A stretch of DNA of 47,497 nt, the filler included, from Catajapyx aquilonaris (Eukaryota), in NCBI GenBank assembly GCA_000934665.2. It is 2 parts of 2 records of this genome, joined end to end, with 100 filler letters (N's around TTAATTAATTAA, not from the genome) between each part and the next. Parts side by side here need not be neighbours in the genome. Positions count along the whole stretch, not along the records: positions 1 to 23,790 come from KZ539390.1; 1 more part is not named here. The stretch is one strand, 5' to 3'. Both the position numbers and the translations under genes were made by a program. Of this stretch, positions 1 through 12,331 are shown piece by piece; the first letter of the stretch is position 1; every line of letters starts with the position of its first letter. Under the pieces are notes generated by a model that did not search any database, was not told the DNA's origin, and worked only from the letters and a program-made list of their open reading frames with translations.

Positions 1-670
1 TTTTACGCGATGTCTACCTTTTAGCGGCTATCAATCGCTACTATTAGAATTAGTTCTTACTGCAACAGAAGAACAACAACACAGTGCAGAATGATAGAAA
101 TTTTAATGTTGAATAGCTGTTCTTTTTTGCGAGATATTTACGACTTTATTTTGACAATTTCAGTGCGAGAACTTCTAAGATCTTCCGAACGGAGATGTGG
201 TAGTGACACATATGAGAAAAAGAGTAGTCTTCTGCGCATGTCAGTTGGAATAATAGCTGTTCACAAGCGCTACCAAGCGACCAGGAGCGAGTCGTGCTCG
301 GAGGCAAAGTGACTACTCTCTAATGTTGTTATACTCATTGTTTTGTTGTAACACTTTTCTACATATCCACAAATGAAATAAATGCATTTATTCCATATGC
401 CCATGGTGGTATTATTAAAAAGTCATTTTTATTCCGGCAAGTACAAAATAAAAGGTCAACTTTTGCTCTGGTTGAGTGTCACTCAGCCTCCAGCATTTTC
501 CCACTTGCAGATGTGAAATCTCAGTCGCTCATATGTAATTAACATGTCATTAATATTAAGAATGTATCTCACGATTGGCCTAATCATTATTTAGTTGTGC
601 AATTCAATCACGTACACTAGAGGGCTCTACACACAGCAATACTTACAAATATTTTATTCAACTGTTTCAG

Positions 671-1928
671 ATGGAGCCTGCGAAAATGGGGTGAGTAAGT
701 GTCCCAATTAGTACTCGACTTATGTCTAAATTATATATGTTGGAGGCTATAATATGCCTGTTTTATATCTGCATCGCATCTCTGGGCCTGCAGACAAGTT
801 CCACAACAATGTAGGCTAATGTCTCTGCATTGCAAAAGAAAGGGTGCATATGGGACTGGAGCTACAAGAGTGATTAATAACAATGGCATTTATTAGCTTA
901 AAATGCAACAGAAGTTATAACACATTTTTGATGGCAGTCCCAACGGATATGGCTCTACCATGCGATAGCCTGTTAATCCGGTATTTTCAAGCTGCCTGGA
1001 AGATCCTCATCAATCCTTTGGTCCTATTCCAGGCTAAGGCATTGGTAAAGCGCAGTGCGACCGGGAGACCAAAAAGTGCAGGTAATGCTTTTATCGGCCT
1101 TTGCTTTGGTAGCTAACCGCGGTGATTAGGATATTTATTAATTATTAATTAAATAATTTAAGTCCCTATAGAAGACTTTTCTCTCGCAGATTTTTTTTTC
1201 TGCGAGAGAAAAGTCTTCTATATAGGGAAGCGCACTAGTCAGAGAGAACCTTCAAGGCTGATGCAGAGAGAATTGCCTATTCTCTTCGTGACACAGGCTA
1301 TAGAATCAATCACTTGACGCATTAAATTGGAATGACAGCTGTAACCCAATAACTGTTAATAATTGTAGCATTGATAATTTCAGGAGGAAGAGCGACAGCA
1401 AGACGAGCGACAGCAGCAAGACGAGCGACAGCAGCAAGACGAGCGACAGCAAGACCAGCGACAACAAGACGAACGACAGCAAGACAGAGGACCGTAACAG
1501 TTACTCGGAGGAGATCGATAGGATATAATGCTGAAACCATGACAACTCGATCATATCCCACACCGACCACATTGTTTAGAACGAGAATGACCACACGGTA
1601 CTATACTAAAACCACCGGAAGATATCCTACAACAGGAGTGTATACTGGAACAACCTTAATGTATACTGTAACAAATGGGTGGTATAGAGGAACCACCGGA
1701 TATCTTACTCCAACAACTGTATATTGCACTGAGACTGTACAGTACACTGGAACAACTGGAATGTATACTGGAACGACTGTAAATTGTACTGTAACAACCA
1801 GGGGGTATACAGGAACTACTGGGCCGTACACTGGAACCACTGGGCCATACACTGGAACTACTGGAAGGTATACGGGAACTACCGGACCACACACCGGGAG
1901 AACCCAGAGGAATACCAGAAAACACTGA
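671..1928 (+). CDS. Secreted-precursor family gene A (5'-incomplete); tail Arg/Ala/Thr-rich then Thr/Tyr/Gly heptad repeats (YTGTTGP)
   Basis: Exons 671-690 (20-nt microexon, xGACENG), 1033-1081 (AKALVKRSATGRPKSA), 1384-1928 (GGRATARR...YTGTTGP...RKH*), all AG/GT-bounded with the same phases as paralogs. AATAAA 1998-2003. Upstream exons uncertain (candidates 164-199 VRELLRSSERRC, 511-534); signal exon probably before the window. Confidence 0.75.
1167..1222. repeat. Perfect 24-bp inverted repeat with 8-T loop in last intron of gene A (mini-MITE-like)
   Basis: tatagaagacttttctctcgcaga (1167-1190) and its exact reverse complement (1199-1222). Confidence 0.85.
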
Positions 1929-2912
1929 AGCATATTGTAACGACCCCTGCCGCTTCGTAGAACGGCAGGACAAGAGAAGGTGGACATGAGAGAGAAAAAT
2001 AAAATTGAATAAGCATGATAGTTAGAATTTGAACTAAATGGGAATAAAAACATGACCATTAAAAATTGCAAAAATGTTTACAGGGAGGAATGAAGCTAGA
2101 TTACTTGCTAACGTCATTGATGATGTAAAATGACTGCAATATCAATACGGTATTGTAGACAAAAATGAGGGACAATAATCACTAGTAATTAACAAGTTCC
2201 GGTCCTTAAAGAGCAAAGGAAATCAAAATAGACATTTTCTAATATTTCAACAAACGTTGCCTTTATAGTCACTTGCACATTTCTGCTGTCTTAATAATTG
2301 CGCTTAATTGTTTCCTGCAACCCAGTAATTATGTTCTCTTGGACATGTTTTTCTTGTAGAATAATTCGACTATGCTAAATATTTGCATGTTAGCATGTGC
2401 TTTCTTTCACTTCTAATATGTTAAACAGTCGCCTCTATAGATGAGGACACTGATGCTTGCAGCGCTTTTGACCGAGTTTCATTCTTGATTTGCTGCTAAT
2501 TTATTTGCTCCGCATTTTAATAATCGAGAGAAACCCGGAACAAGTGGTTAATCCCATTTAGATAATGCAGCTTGATTACACTATTTTTCTGAGTTTACCA
2601 TTGACCTCAAGACCAAACAAACTAAATCAAAGTAAGTGTATGGCCATAGTGTCACAGGGAGGCCCGCTATTATGCTGCTGTCTTTCAGTGATGACCGTTG
2701 TCACGCATCCCGTGTCACGCAAGCAGCTCGCAATTCTGGCGACGTATCATGCTACAAAGATGATTAACGACGTGAATTTACAATGGCTTTCGGGAGGATG
2801 TGCGTCACCAGAGAAGAGCTAGATGTCTGCAAAATATCGCAATCACAAAAGTTGCTTATATCAAGCTCAGTTGAAGACGGATGCACCCACCATAGTTAGC
2901 CGAGGAGTGAAG

Positions 2913-3926
2913 ATGACTGTGACTGTCGCAGTGTTGGCTTTCGTCACATGCACTGTGGTGAGTCCACTGTTGATTGTTGAACGATGAATTTGGTGATTGC
3001 AAAATAGTATAGTTAATAATAATAATAATTGTTCAGTTATGTAGAAAATCTGCGAATTATTAAAAATCAGGCTCAGTCTCATGAAGCACTTATTGGGTCT
3101 TTCAGAGTATCACTTTTGCAAACGGGTTGCCCTTGGCCATGGGCGGTCAATACATTTCAGCCGAAGACAAAGGTATATGTACGGATCACGAAAGTGTCAC
3201 CGTAATGCTCCGAAAGTATGTTGCAACGAGCACATTTTAATTCAAAGTCTTCTCTTTTCCAGGGAATCATTGGCCATTAACGGTACGTTCTTAACTATAC
3301 ACTTGGATTATTTTTGGTTTGTCATTGTTATGGTGACATTGCTTAACAGTGACAACTTGGAAGCTTGTATGATCCATATGAAAGACCACGTTGTCTACAA
3401 AATAATTCTGTTTTCTCGTTCCAGATATGCACTATGCCGAATAAAACGATTGCCGAAATAAACTACGATGACACTAGCGACAAGTACTTCGCATGTAAGC
3501 ACTTGTACAAGAATATTGTACAAAATCACTTCAGACTGAACAGCAGTAATGAGCATCGGTATACCTATGATTTCAGTAAATATTTTGTCGGTGTTTGGTT
3601 TCCATGACGCGTCCCGAGTGAAGCTTTCTGAAGGACAGCAGGTCAACAAAATCGGAACAACATCGATGGTAGGACATCCTCCGAAGCATCAGTCAAACCA
3701 GAAGGAAAGGTTGAGAAGAAGTCCGCAAGGAAAAGGCAAAGAGAAAAAGGAGGAGAAAGAAAAGGAGAGGAAGGAGAGGAAGGAAAAGAAAGAGCAGGAG
3801 AAGAAGGAACGAAAGGATAAGAAGGAACAAGAAAAGAAGGAACGAAAGGATAAGAAGGAACAAGAAAAGAAAGAGCGGAAAGAAAAAAAAAGGAGCAGGC
3901 AAAGACAGAGAGAGGAAAGACAATAA
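2913..3926 (+). CDS. Secreted-precursor family gene B (divergent), ~183 aa, Lys/Glu/Arg-rich tail
   Basis: Exons 2913-2957 (MTVTVAVLAFVTCTV), 3106-3172, 3263-3282 (20 nt, GNHWPLT), 3425-3494, 3577-3926; phases 0,1,0,1 and open throughout; RLRR|SP site precedes (EQEKKERKDKK)-type repeats; AATAAA 3947-3952. Confidence 0.7.
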
Positions 3927-4420
3927 TAAGGATGAGAAAGAAAAGTAATAAACACCCTAATCCAAATTAATTTCCCTTACAATAATTTGCACCCACTTCA
4001 TGAATTAATTTTGCTACCTACCCTCTCCATAATTATTTAGGCTATAAGTTTCGGAACAAAAAAAAAAGTCAGGTACTGTTGCCATTTAGGAAAATTTTCT
4101 TGTCAATTCTGAACGGGTATGACTGTAATTAGCGGCTTAGGTACCTAACGCTGAAATGATAATCATAACTCAGATTGCATTGTTAAGGTAGGGGATCAAA
4201 TCAGAGAGTATAGCGCACGTCGGCAAAATTAATCAGTCACCGACGTCACAATGAGAAATATCCACAATGGATATTTTTAACAATGACAGGCTAGCAACGG
4301 CATGACAACGATGGTCAACAGCAGTTGCTGGGATTGAGCACCATTGTTGGCGAATTGGAGTTGGAGGGTTAGGTGGGTCGTCGACTTTACTAGTGCGGAT
4401 ACGGAGACAGAACAAGGAAG

Positions 4421-6958
4421 ATGCCTGAAGCAAAGAAGCTGGAGCTGGTCTCGACCATCGGGTTCGAAGGTCAATGCAATAAGAGGAGGTCAGCTCCTGA
4501 GCGTGAGTGACCGTGCTGTGTATTGTTGTGTTCTAGGCAAGGTCCTGTGTGGCGTGCACGTGCATCCGGACGGAGTGAACTGCGTGTACCCGACTGGTAC
4601 GTCCCTGGTGATGTCCGACCTCAAGTCTCCGAAGCAAAAGTTCTACAACGGACACACGCACTTCGTCAGCTGCATGTGCATCTCAAAAAGCGGAAAGTTC
4701 ATCGCCTCGGGGCAGGTCAACCACATGGGATTCAAGGTCAGCAGGTTTCCACATTGTTGAGTGACCAGTTGTTTCATTATTGTCATTGGGATTTGCAGGC
4801 GCCTGTGATAATATGGGACTGCGAGGGACGGAAGGTGTACGGGTCGCACGAGGTGCACAAGGTCCGGGTTGAGTCATTGTCGTTCTCGTGCCGTGACAGG
4901 TACGTAGCGTCGTTGGGCGGAAGGGACGACGCTAACGTGATAGTGTACGACGTGACCAAGAAGGAGCCACTGTGCGGCCTGCAGTCAGCCACGGGGCCCA
5001 TGGGTTACGCCAAGGTTCTCCGGTACCTCAACACCTCCGAGAAGCTGTTCCTGACCGGCGGGGACATGACCCTCCGCCTGTGGCAGCTGGACGTCCCCAA
5101 CAGGAAGGTGCTTCCGACCGACGCCCAGACCCGAAAGATCCGGAGAGTCATCCGAAGCCTCGAGATTGACTCCGAGGACCGCTGGGCCTACGGCGGGACG
5201 GAGACCGGGGACATCCTTCTGATCCGACTGGAGATCACTCGAACCGATCCTGGGTCGGGGAAGCCAAAGTACGACGTGTTGGCCACGCTGACAGACACCC
5301 TAGTGCGAGTACCGCGTAGGAAGGGAGAACCGCCTGACTTCTTCCAGAAGGGGGCCATGTCGCTGATGGTACTGGACGGAGGGAAGAGCCTCCTGGTCGG
5401 ATCCGGAAGCGGAAGGGTGTCGCTGGTACGTCGCAGGGAAGGAGTGTCCTCGAAGAAGCCAGGTCCGATGGGGAGCAAGTACAGCATCCCGATGCTGGAG
5501 GGGACGCTGGTCGAGGAGAAGGGCGTCAAGCTGGTAGGTGGCGTGACGTCCTTGAGCTGCCTCACGTCCGAGTCGGCCAAGGGGACAGTCCTGATCGGCA
5601 CTGACCACTCGCAGCTGTACCAGCTGGAGCTGGCCACCTTCACCACCAAACTCGTCCTGACCTGCCACATGGGAGGGGTCACCTGCGTAGCGTACCCGCA
5701 CGGCTGCTCGGACCTGTTCGCCACCAGCAGCCAGGAGGACGTCCGCATTTGGTCCACCCGCACGAACAAGGAGCTGCTGCGGATCTCAGTGCCCAACATG
5801 CAGTGCAGCGTGGTCGTCTTCACCAGGGACGGACGGTATCTGATGACCGGATGGAGCGACGGGGAGATCAGGTCCTTCACTCCCGAGACCGGAAGGAAGG
5901 TCTTTTCCATACACAATGCACACAAGATGGGGGTACGTATGTTAATGGTGGGAACGTCAACAGGAACGTAAATGCAAACGTGAACGTGAACGTAGACGTA
6001 GACGCGAACATAGACGCAAACGTGGACGTAGACGTGGACGTAGACGTGAACGTAGACGTGAACGTGAACGTAGACGTGAACGTGAACGTAGACGTCGACG
6101 TGAACGTAGATGTGAACGTAGACGTCGACGTGAACGTAGATGTGAACGTAGACGTAGACGTAGACGTGAACGTAGACGTGAACGTAGACGTAGACGTAGA
6201 CGTGAACGTAGACGTAGACGTGAACGTGAACGTAGACGTGGACGTGAACGTAGATGTGAACGTAGACGTAGACGTGAACGCAAACGTGAACGTGATGTCA
6301 ATGGCTTTTCCTTCAGGTGAGCGCCCTGGCTGTGACGTCTGACGGCAAGCGGTTGGTGAGCGGCGGTCGTGAGGGTATCGTGCGGATGTGGGACATCACC
6401 CCCCATAAGCAGACGTTGCTTGGGAGCCTGAACGAGCACAAGGGGGCGGTGACGTGCATCCACATCCGGTCGACGGACAAGGAGTGCGTGACGTCGAGCA
6501 GCGACGGGAGCTGCATCGTCTGGGACCTGGACAGGTTCGTGCGGAACCAGATCATGTTCGCCAACACACTCTTCACAGGGGTGCGGTACCACCCGTCGGA
6601 GGTGCAGATCATCACTTGCGGGACGGACAGGAAGGTCGGGTACTGGGAGACGCTGGACGGGTGCAGCATCCGGGAGCTGGAGGGATCCCTGACGGCGGCG
6701 GTCAACGTCATCGACGTCACAGCCAACGGACTCTGCATGGTGACTGGGGGTGTGGACATGGTGGTCAAGGTCTGGAGGTACTACGAGGGGGACGTGTCTC
6801 ACGAGGGGCACGGGCACACCAGCCCCATCACCGCCTTGGGGATCAGCCCCGGGGCCAAGTTCATCATCACCGCCAGCTCAGGAGGGGCCATCTTCCGATG
6901 GAAGTTCCCCGAGATCGACACCAAGGGGAAGCCTGTCACTGCCGGTTCTGTGCCCTGA
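4421..6958 (+). CDS. CFAP52: Cilia- and flagella-associated protein 52 (WD40 repeat, WDR16/FAP52), ~674 aa
   Basis: Exons 4421-4469, 4537-4736, 4799-5932, 6317-6958 join in frame. Recognisable CFAP52 motifs: LELVSTIGFEG, HPDG..YPTG, IASGQVNHMGFKAPVIIWD, SLGGRDDA, KELLRISVPNM, GWSDGEIRSFTPETG, DGSCIVWDL, TCGTDRKVGYWE, IRELEGS, GAIFRWKFP. AATAAA 7022-7027. Confidence 0.95.
5963..6295. repeat. Hexamer microsatellite (RACGTR)n in CFAP52 intron 3
   Basis: Continuous gacgta/aacgtg/gacgtg/aacgta units between donor 5933 and acceptor 6316. Confidence 0.95.
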
Positions 6959-7414
6959 TTGATTGGCGGCATAATATATGGCAGCCAGAGTAGCGGAAGA
7001 GAGTTTATTTGTGACAATAATAATAAAAGTAGAACCTGGTTTTATCGACTTGACACCATTGTTGTTGTTTTCTTGGGAGGACCGGGGGGGGAAGAGAGAG
7101 GCAACGCTGTGTCCATAGCACTACTGCGTGTTTCAGAATGTAGCACACGTTTCTCTGAAAGAATGGATTATTTGCGGATAAGTGGCCAAATCTGCAGTCA
7201 TTGGGGATTATTATTGTTCCACCAAGTATACGTATAACAAGGAGTTCAGTACAGTAAGTACCCGTTTTACGCGGCTCCATTTTACGCAGTTTCACATTAG
7301 TGCAGGTTCGAAATTCATGATTTACAAACTATTTGCATGTGCAGTACAACAATGTTCTCAGAAGATGAGGCAATGAGGCATACAAGGGGTGGTTTAGTGA
7401 ACGGTGGCTTAAGT

Positions 7415-7826
7415 GCCAAATAATATTGGCATAATGTTGCGGATTTTTCTAACAGTCGGAATATAATTAGTGTTGCCAGCTGCAAGAGGAGCTTTATGAA
7501 GCTAAAATTAATTAAAAATTATCTACGTACCCCTATGAGCACTTGAAGGTTGGGTAATTTTGCTATGTTGTCAAATTGGCAAGAATTATTGACTAATCAA
7601 ATTGATTTTGACAGATTTGCGGCCCAAAAAGCAAGGAACGAAAAATTGTCATGGCGATGAATATATGAAACAAACAATAAGCAATAACCTTTACTTTGAC
7701 CTTTTTCCAAGAGCATAGCATTTTGATCTTAAAGATTTTTTGCCTGCAATTAATAAAATTAAATGGTAATTATTGAAATTTTAGATCTGCCCCGGGCGCT
7801 CCTATAACCTTAGTATAGGCGCCACT
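7415..7826 (+). mobile_element. hAT transposon 3' remnant (C-terminal dimerisation domain plus terminus)
   Basis: Reads ISVASCKRSFMKLKLIKNYLRTPMST*RLGNFAMLS, matching the hATC motif SVASCERSFSKLKLIKNYLR; internal stop; ends in gccccgggcgc...ggcgccact like a hAT terminus. Confidence 0.8.
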
Positions 7827-8227
7827 ACATTCAATTGCAGTAATTTTTTTCTCCTCTTTGCATTGTTGTGTGTGGCAGGAAGGATCAATGACACATATTC
7901 TTTTCCCACAGTCATTGTTGGGCGCATTCTTCGGAACATTTATTTTTATGCAAGTTATCCTTCACACGCATATACTTGAAACCTTTTTCACACTATGCGC
8001 CAAGGCCTGGTGGGCATGTATTCATACAATACACTGCACAGCCGACAATAGGCGACAATGTGACACACGCACTTCCTGACCATCGAGTCGACCGAAATGA
8101 GTAAGTGTATTTCACTTCGCATATCCGAAGAGGCGTAATTCGAAACGCCTTTCTGAATGACGTGGGATGCGACCATGACCCTGAGACAAATGTGTCACCA
8201 AAAGCAGCCTCCAGTACCAATTTGCAC

Positions 8228-8247
8228 ACCGGTATATTATATAAAGG
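8228..8247 (+). promoter_or_regulatory. TATA box of gene C (family motif ACCGGT(A/T)TAAAA-GG)
   Basis: accggtatattatataaagg ~45 nt before ATG; equivalents at 11103-11117, ~13012-13023, 15635-15649, ~17747-17760, 20133-20146, 22024-22037. Confidence 0.7.
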
Positions 8248-8286
8248 TGCATCGGACAGCTGCATCGCATTCGCTGCGAAGAAGAG

Positions 8287-9428
8287 ATGAAGCTCTGTCT
8301 CGTCCTGATTGTTGCCTCGCTCTGTGTCGCCTGCGCTGCGGTGAGTCACCCTCAATTCGCTTTACAATAATTAAACAAGGGCCTTACAATAATTTAGCTT
8401 GGAGAGTTGCCCTCTGATTGACATTATGTGCAGCGGATATTACAACGTTTTAATAATGTGAACAGTTTTGTCGCCGACACGCCTGCAATTCACTCACAAT
8501 GACTTTGCTTTTCAGGGCTCGCCATTCTCCAAGATCCGAGAGTTTTTGTCTGATTCGGATCAGGAAATCGAGTGCCACGGTGAGACGGCAGTCTTTTGAT
8601 TAATGAAATATGACTCTTCCAAGTGCTGCATTGAATGTTGGTTATGATTTTGTGTCGTCTTTTCCAGATGGAGTGTGTTCATCCACGGTGAGTATATAGT
8701 TCACCTCATTACGCAACACTCCGAAACACACTTTGGAAAAACCATGGCGCAATTACTTGAGATATATTGCTTCAAAAAATATTCACAATTTTGTATACTC
8801 TGAGTTCATGGTATTGACAATATTTTGGCTTCCCAAATACAAAAATCACAAAAGTACAGAAAAATTTATAATCACTGGCCCACAACATTACGAAGGGCAA
8901 CATTATGACTCTTTAGAAGAGTGTAGAGGATTGGCTGAATGGAATAAGACGATCAATGCTACTTATCAAGAGAGGAGAGTCTCGTATTATGTATCCATAA
9001 TGACATGTCTTTATAAGGAGAAAGGGTTGACAGTGACGAATAATTTTCAGGTGAACAGACTGTCGAAGCGAAATGCTGAGAGTGACCTGGAGCAGCGGAC
9101 AGACGACGGTGAGTGACATGGTCAACTCTGCTGTGGTCCAGTGGTCATCACACCCTTCTTCACACATATAGTGTCACATAAGTGGCCGTCGCATAATGTA
9201 GCCACACGGCCTTTTATTTTCTTAGGTATTGCCCGAGTGAAGAGGAGTCCGAACCGAGAGGAAAGGAACAGGGAGAGGAATGAGGACAGAAGGGACGAGA
9301 GGAGGGAGGACAGAAGGGACGAGAGGAGGGAGGATGGAAGGGAGGAGAGAAGGGAGGAGAGAAGGGAGGATGGAAGGGACAGGAACAGAGAGGAGCGCAG
9401 GAGAGAGGAGGAGAGGAGGAGAGGATAA
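8287..9428 (+). CDS. Secreted-precursor family gene C, 132 aa, Arg/Glu/Asp-rich tail
   Basis: Exons 8287-8340 (MKLCLVLIVASLCVACAA), 8516-8579 (GSPFSKIREFLSDSDQEIECH), 8668-8687 (DGVCSST), 9051-9108 (VNRLSKRNAESDLEQRTDD), 9226-9428 (GIARVKR SPNREERN...RRRG*); AATAAA 9721-9726; exons far better conserved than introns versus D/E/F. Confidence 0.9.
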
Positions 9429-11150
9429 ACACACAATAACTCAAGAGGGAATCTAATTCCGATGATTCACATGAAATATGTGGCCAGATGACCGCTATAG
9501 AAGCAATCACTGAAGAGGCTCCTCTTTCATGATTGGACTCTGCGAAACTGTCCCGTATTTTTGCGCAACATCGGATTAGATTGCTCCGTAGACAGAGGAA
9601 AAGGTGTTAATACCATGAGACCATATGCAGTCCATGCAGACACTTCAATCCTCTGTATAATTAGAATTGTCCCACCGCGCCTCACCACTTTCCCACCTTC
9701 CTATATTATGTGTACTGATCAATAAAATCATTGTGCATCATACTTTTGTGTCGTTCATGAGTTGCTTGATTGTCTCACAGAGTTCGGTTGTTATGGCTCC
9801 AAAGAGTCTTTCACCCGGCCGCAAACATAATAGATACGAGTTGCAGTACCCAGTGACAACACCTACGATAACTAGCATAGACCATGCAGTACGAATTTGT
9901 ACACAACAAACCAGTGCAGCAGAAGTCAAATTGGGCAAGGAAAACAATATGCACTTATACTGTAATACTGTGTAATAACTATTTATTAATAGCACAAGGG
10001 ATATTAACCAGACAAACTTGAGCCAAAAGAACAGTAATAAAAATCCTGCCAGAATCTGGCGATACTTAGCCATAACAAGAACGAGCACCAGCTGGTTCCT
10101 CAACATCGCACGGTTGCGACCTTGTAGTTGACGAGGATGATATTTATGAATATTATCCTCTTTTCTTCGTAGTGGAACCAGTCGAATAACGTTACGAATA
10201 GAGAGTCGTACGCCCATCTCCAAGGCTGCAGCTTATCGGCGACTGCCTAACGAGTCAAGGTAATATCAGAAGACAATCGGATTGATGCATCAGACTACAC
10301 AAACCCCCAAAAATGGGGCAAGTATAGTCCTTGAGACATTATCATAATCCACGGATCACATGACATTGCCGTTGGCTGCGAGGGCGGAAGCTATCAAGTT
10401 TCCCAGATGAACCACAGTAGAAAATCGTCACAAATATTATAACACGTACTGTAATAACGCTTGCATTAGCTACATACAGTTTAATGCAGGCACATTTCAA
10501 ATTGAGGACTTCTATGCAATAAATATTAATCTTACATTACCAACAATTATTTTGAAGTTTGAAGGACGAGACTGCATTGGAATGGTGTGACAGGTATACT
10601 TCTCGGTACACTGGTGATTATAATAAACAGCTCATAGCTTTAAAGTAATAAACATTTATTGTTCACTAACATCCATCCTGGACTGTATACATTACATTCA
10701 ATTGCAGTTATATTTGCTCCTCTAATCGCATTGTTGTGTGTGGCAGGAAGGATCAATCTCGCATATTCTTCCCACAGTCATTGTTGGTCGCATTCTTCCG
10801 AACAGTGCTTTTTATGCCAGTTAACCTTCACAAGCACTTGAAACCTTTTTCACACTATGCTCCAAGGCCTGATGGGCATGTATACAATACACCGCACAGC
10901 AGACAATGGGCGACAATGTGACACACGCACTTCCGGGCCATCGAGTCGCCCGAAATGAATAATGAGAAGTGTATTTCACTCCGCATATCCGGAGAGGTGT
11001 AATGTGCAAGGACTTTCCGCATGTCGATGACGTGATGCGACCATGACCCTGATAACAAAAGTGACATGCCTACCAAAAGCAGCCTCCAGTACCAATTTGC
11101 ACACCGGTATAAAAAGGTGAATCGGACAGGTGCATCGCTGCGAAGAAGAG

Positions 11151-12331
11151 ATGAAGCTCTGTCTCGTCCTGATTGTTGCCTCGCTCTGCGTCGCCTGCGC
11201 TGCGGTGAGTCGCGCTTAAAGGCCATTTCACAAAAAAAATGTCGCGCGGCAAATGGCGCGACTTGCGGCAAATTTTTATTTATATTTATTGTTGCCAATT
11301 GTTGGCAACAATAAAATTTGCCGCAAGTCGCGCCGTTTGCTGCGCGACATTTTTTTTGTGAAATGGCCTTAATTCGCTTTACAATAATTAAACAGGGGTC
11401 TTACAATAATTAGCTTGGAGCGTTGCCCTCTGATTGACATTATGTGCAGCGGATATTACAACGTTTTAATAATGTGAACAGTTTTGTCGCCGACACGCCT
11501 GCAGTTCACAATGCCTTTGCTTTTCAGGGCTCGCCATTTTCCAAGATCCGAGAGTTCTTGTCTGATCTGGATCAGGAAATCGAGTGCCACGGTAAGATTT
11601 GTTGATTCATGAAAATATGACTCTTCCAAGTGCTGCATTGAATGTTGGTTATGATATTGTCATCTTGTGTCGTATCTTCCAGATGGAGTGTGTTCATCCG
11701 CGGTGAGTATATATAGTTCCGCTCATTACGCAACACTCCCAAACACACTTTGTAAAAACCACGAGGCAATGACTGGAGATATCATTTTCAGGTGAACAGA
11801 CTGTCGAAACGAAATGCTGAGAGTGACCTGGAGCAGCGCATAGACGACGGTGAGTGACATGGTCACCTCTGCTCTGTCCAGTGGTCATCAAACCATTCTT
11901 CAGACATCATGTGCTGCAGAATGATTGGTCGCCCTGGCCTTATAATATGTGATGACACGACCTTTTCCTTTCCAATAGGTATTGTCCGAGTGAAGAGGGG
12001 CGGCCCCGGGTCGGTGCGCGTGGGCGAGAATGGGGCTGGCACGCCCCCGCCCCCTGCAACCCGTCGTCCTCGGGGAGGAAATAAGAGGGGGAAGAGGAGT
12101 CCTCGCCGTATTAACAGAGGGGAAAGGAGAAGGGAGCAGAGAGAAAGGAATCGGGAGAGGCAAGAGGACCGACGGGAAGAGAGGGAGCAGAACAGGGAGC
12201 ATCGTCAGGAGGAAGAGAGGGAGAGGGAGAAGCACAGAGAGGAAGAGGAGAACTTGGAGAGGGAGCACAGGAGAGAGGAAGAGGAGAAGAGGAGGAGGGA
12301 CCAGAGGAGGCACCAGAGGAGGAGAGGATAA
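11151..12331 (+). CDS. Secreted-precursor family gene D, 182 aa, Pro/Gly peptide plus Arg/Glu tail
   Basis: Exons 11151-11204, 11528-11591, 11683-11702, 11792-11849, 11979-12331 (GIVRVKR GGPGSV...PPPP...KRGKR SPRR...RRRG*); AATAAA 12584-12589. Confidence 0.9.
11220..11369. mobile_element. 150-bp palindromic MITE with TAA target duplication (PIF/Harbinger/Tourist-like) in gene D intron 1
   Basis: aggccatttcacaaaaaaaatgtcgcgc... inverted at ...gcgcgacattttttttgtgaaatggcct; TAA at 11217-11219 and 11370-11372; paralogs C, E, F show the empty site. Confidence 0.9.

Noticed and set aside
91..312. 73-aa ORF as stand-alone gene
   Set aside because: More likely contains an internal exon of gene A (VRELLRSSERRC loosely resembles IREFLSDSDQEIEC) but the donor is weak; not called.
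5749..6817. ORFs with VNVDVN (+) and RSRLRL (-) repeats
   Set aside because: Translations of the intronic hexamer microsatellite and antisense of CFAP52; splice sites at 5933 and 6316 join CFAP52 in frame.
8521..8579. Apparent in-frame TGA (selenocysteine/readthrough) in family exon 2
   Set aside because: TGA is out of frame once the phase-0 acceptor is used (TCT GAT = Ser-Asp).
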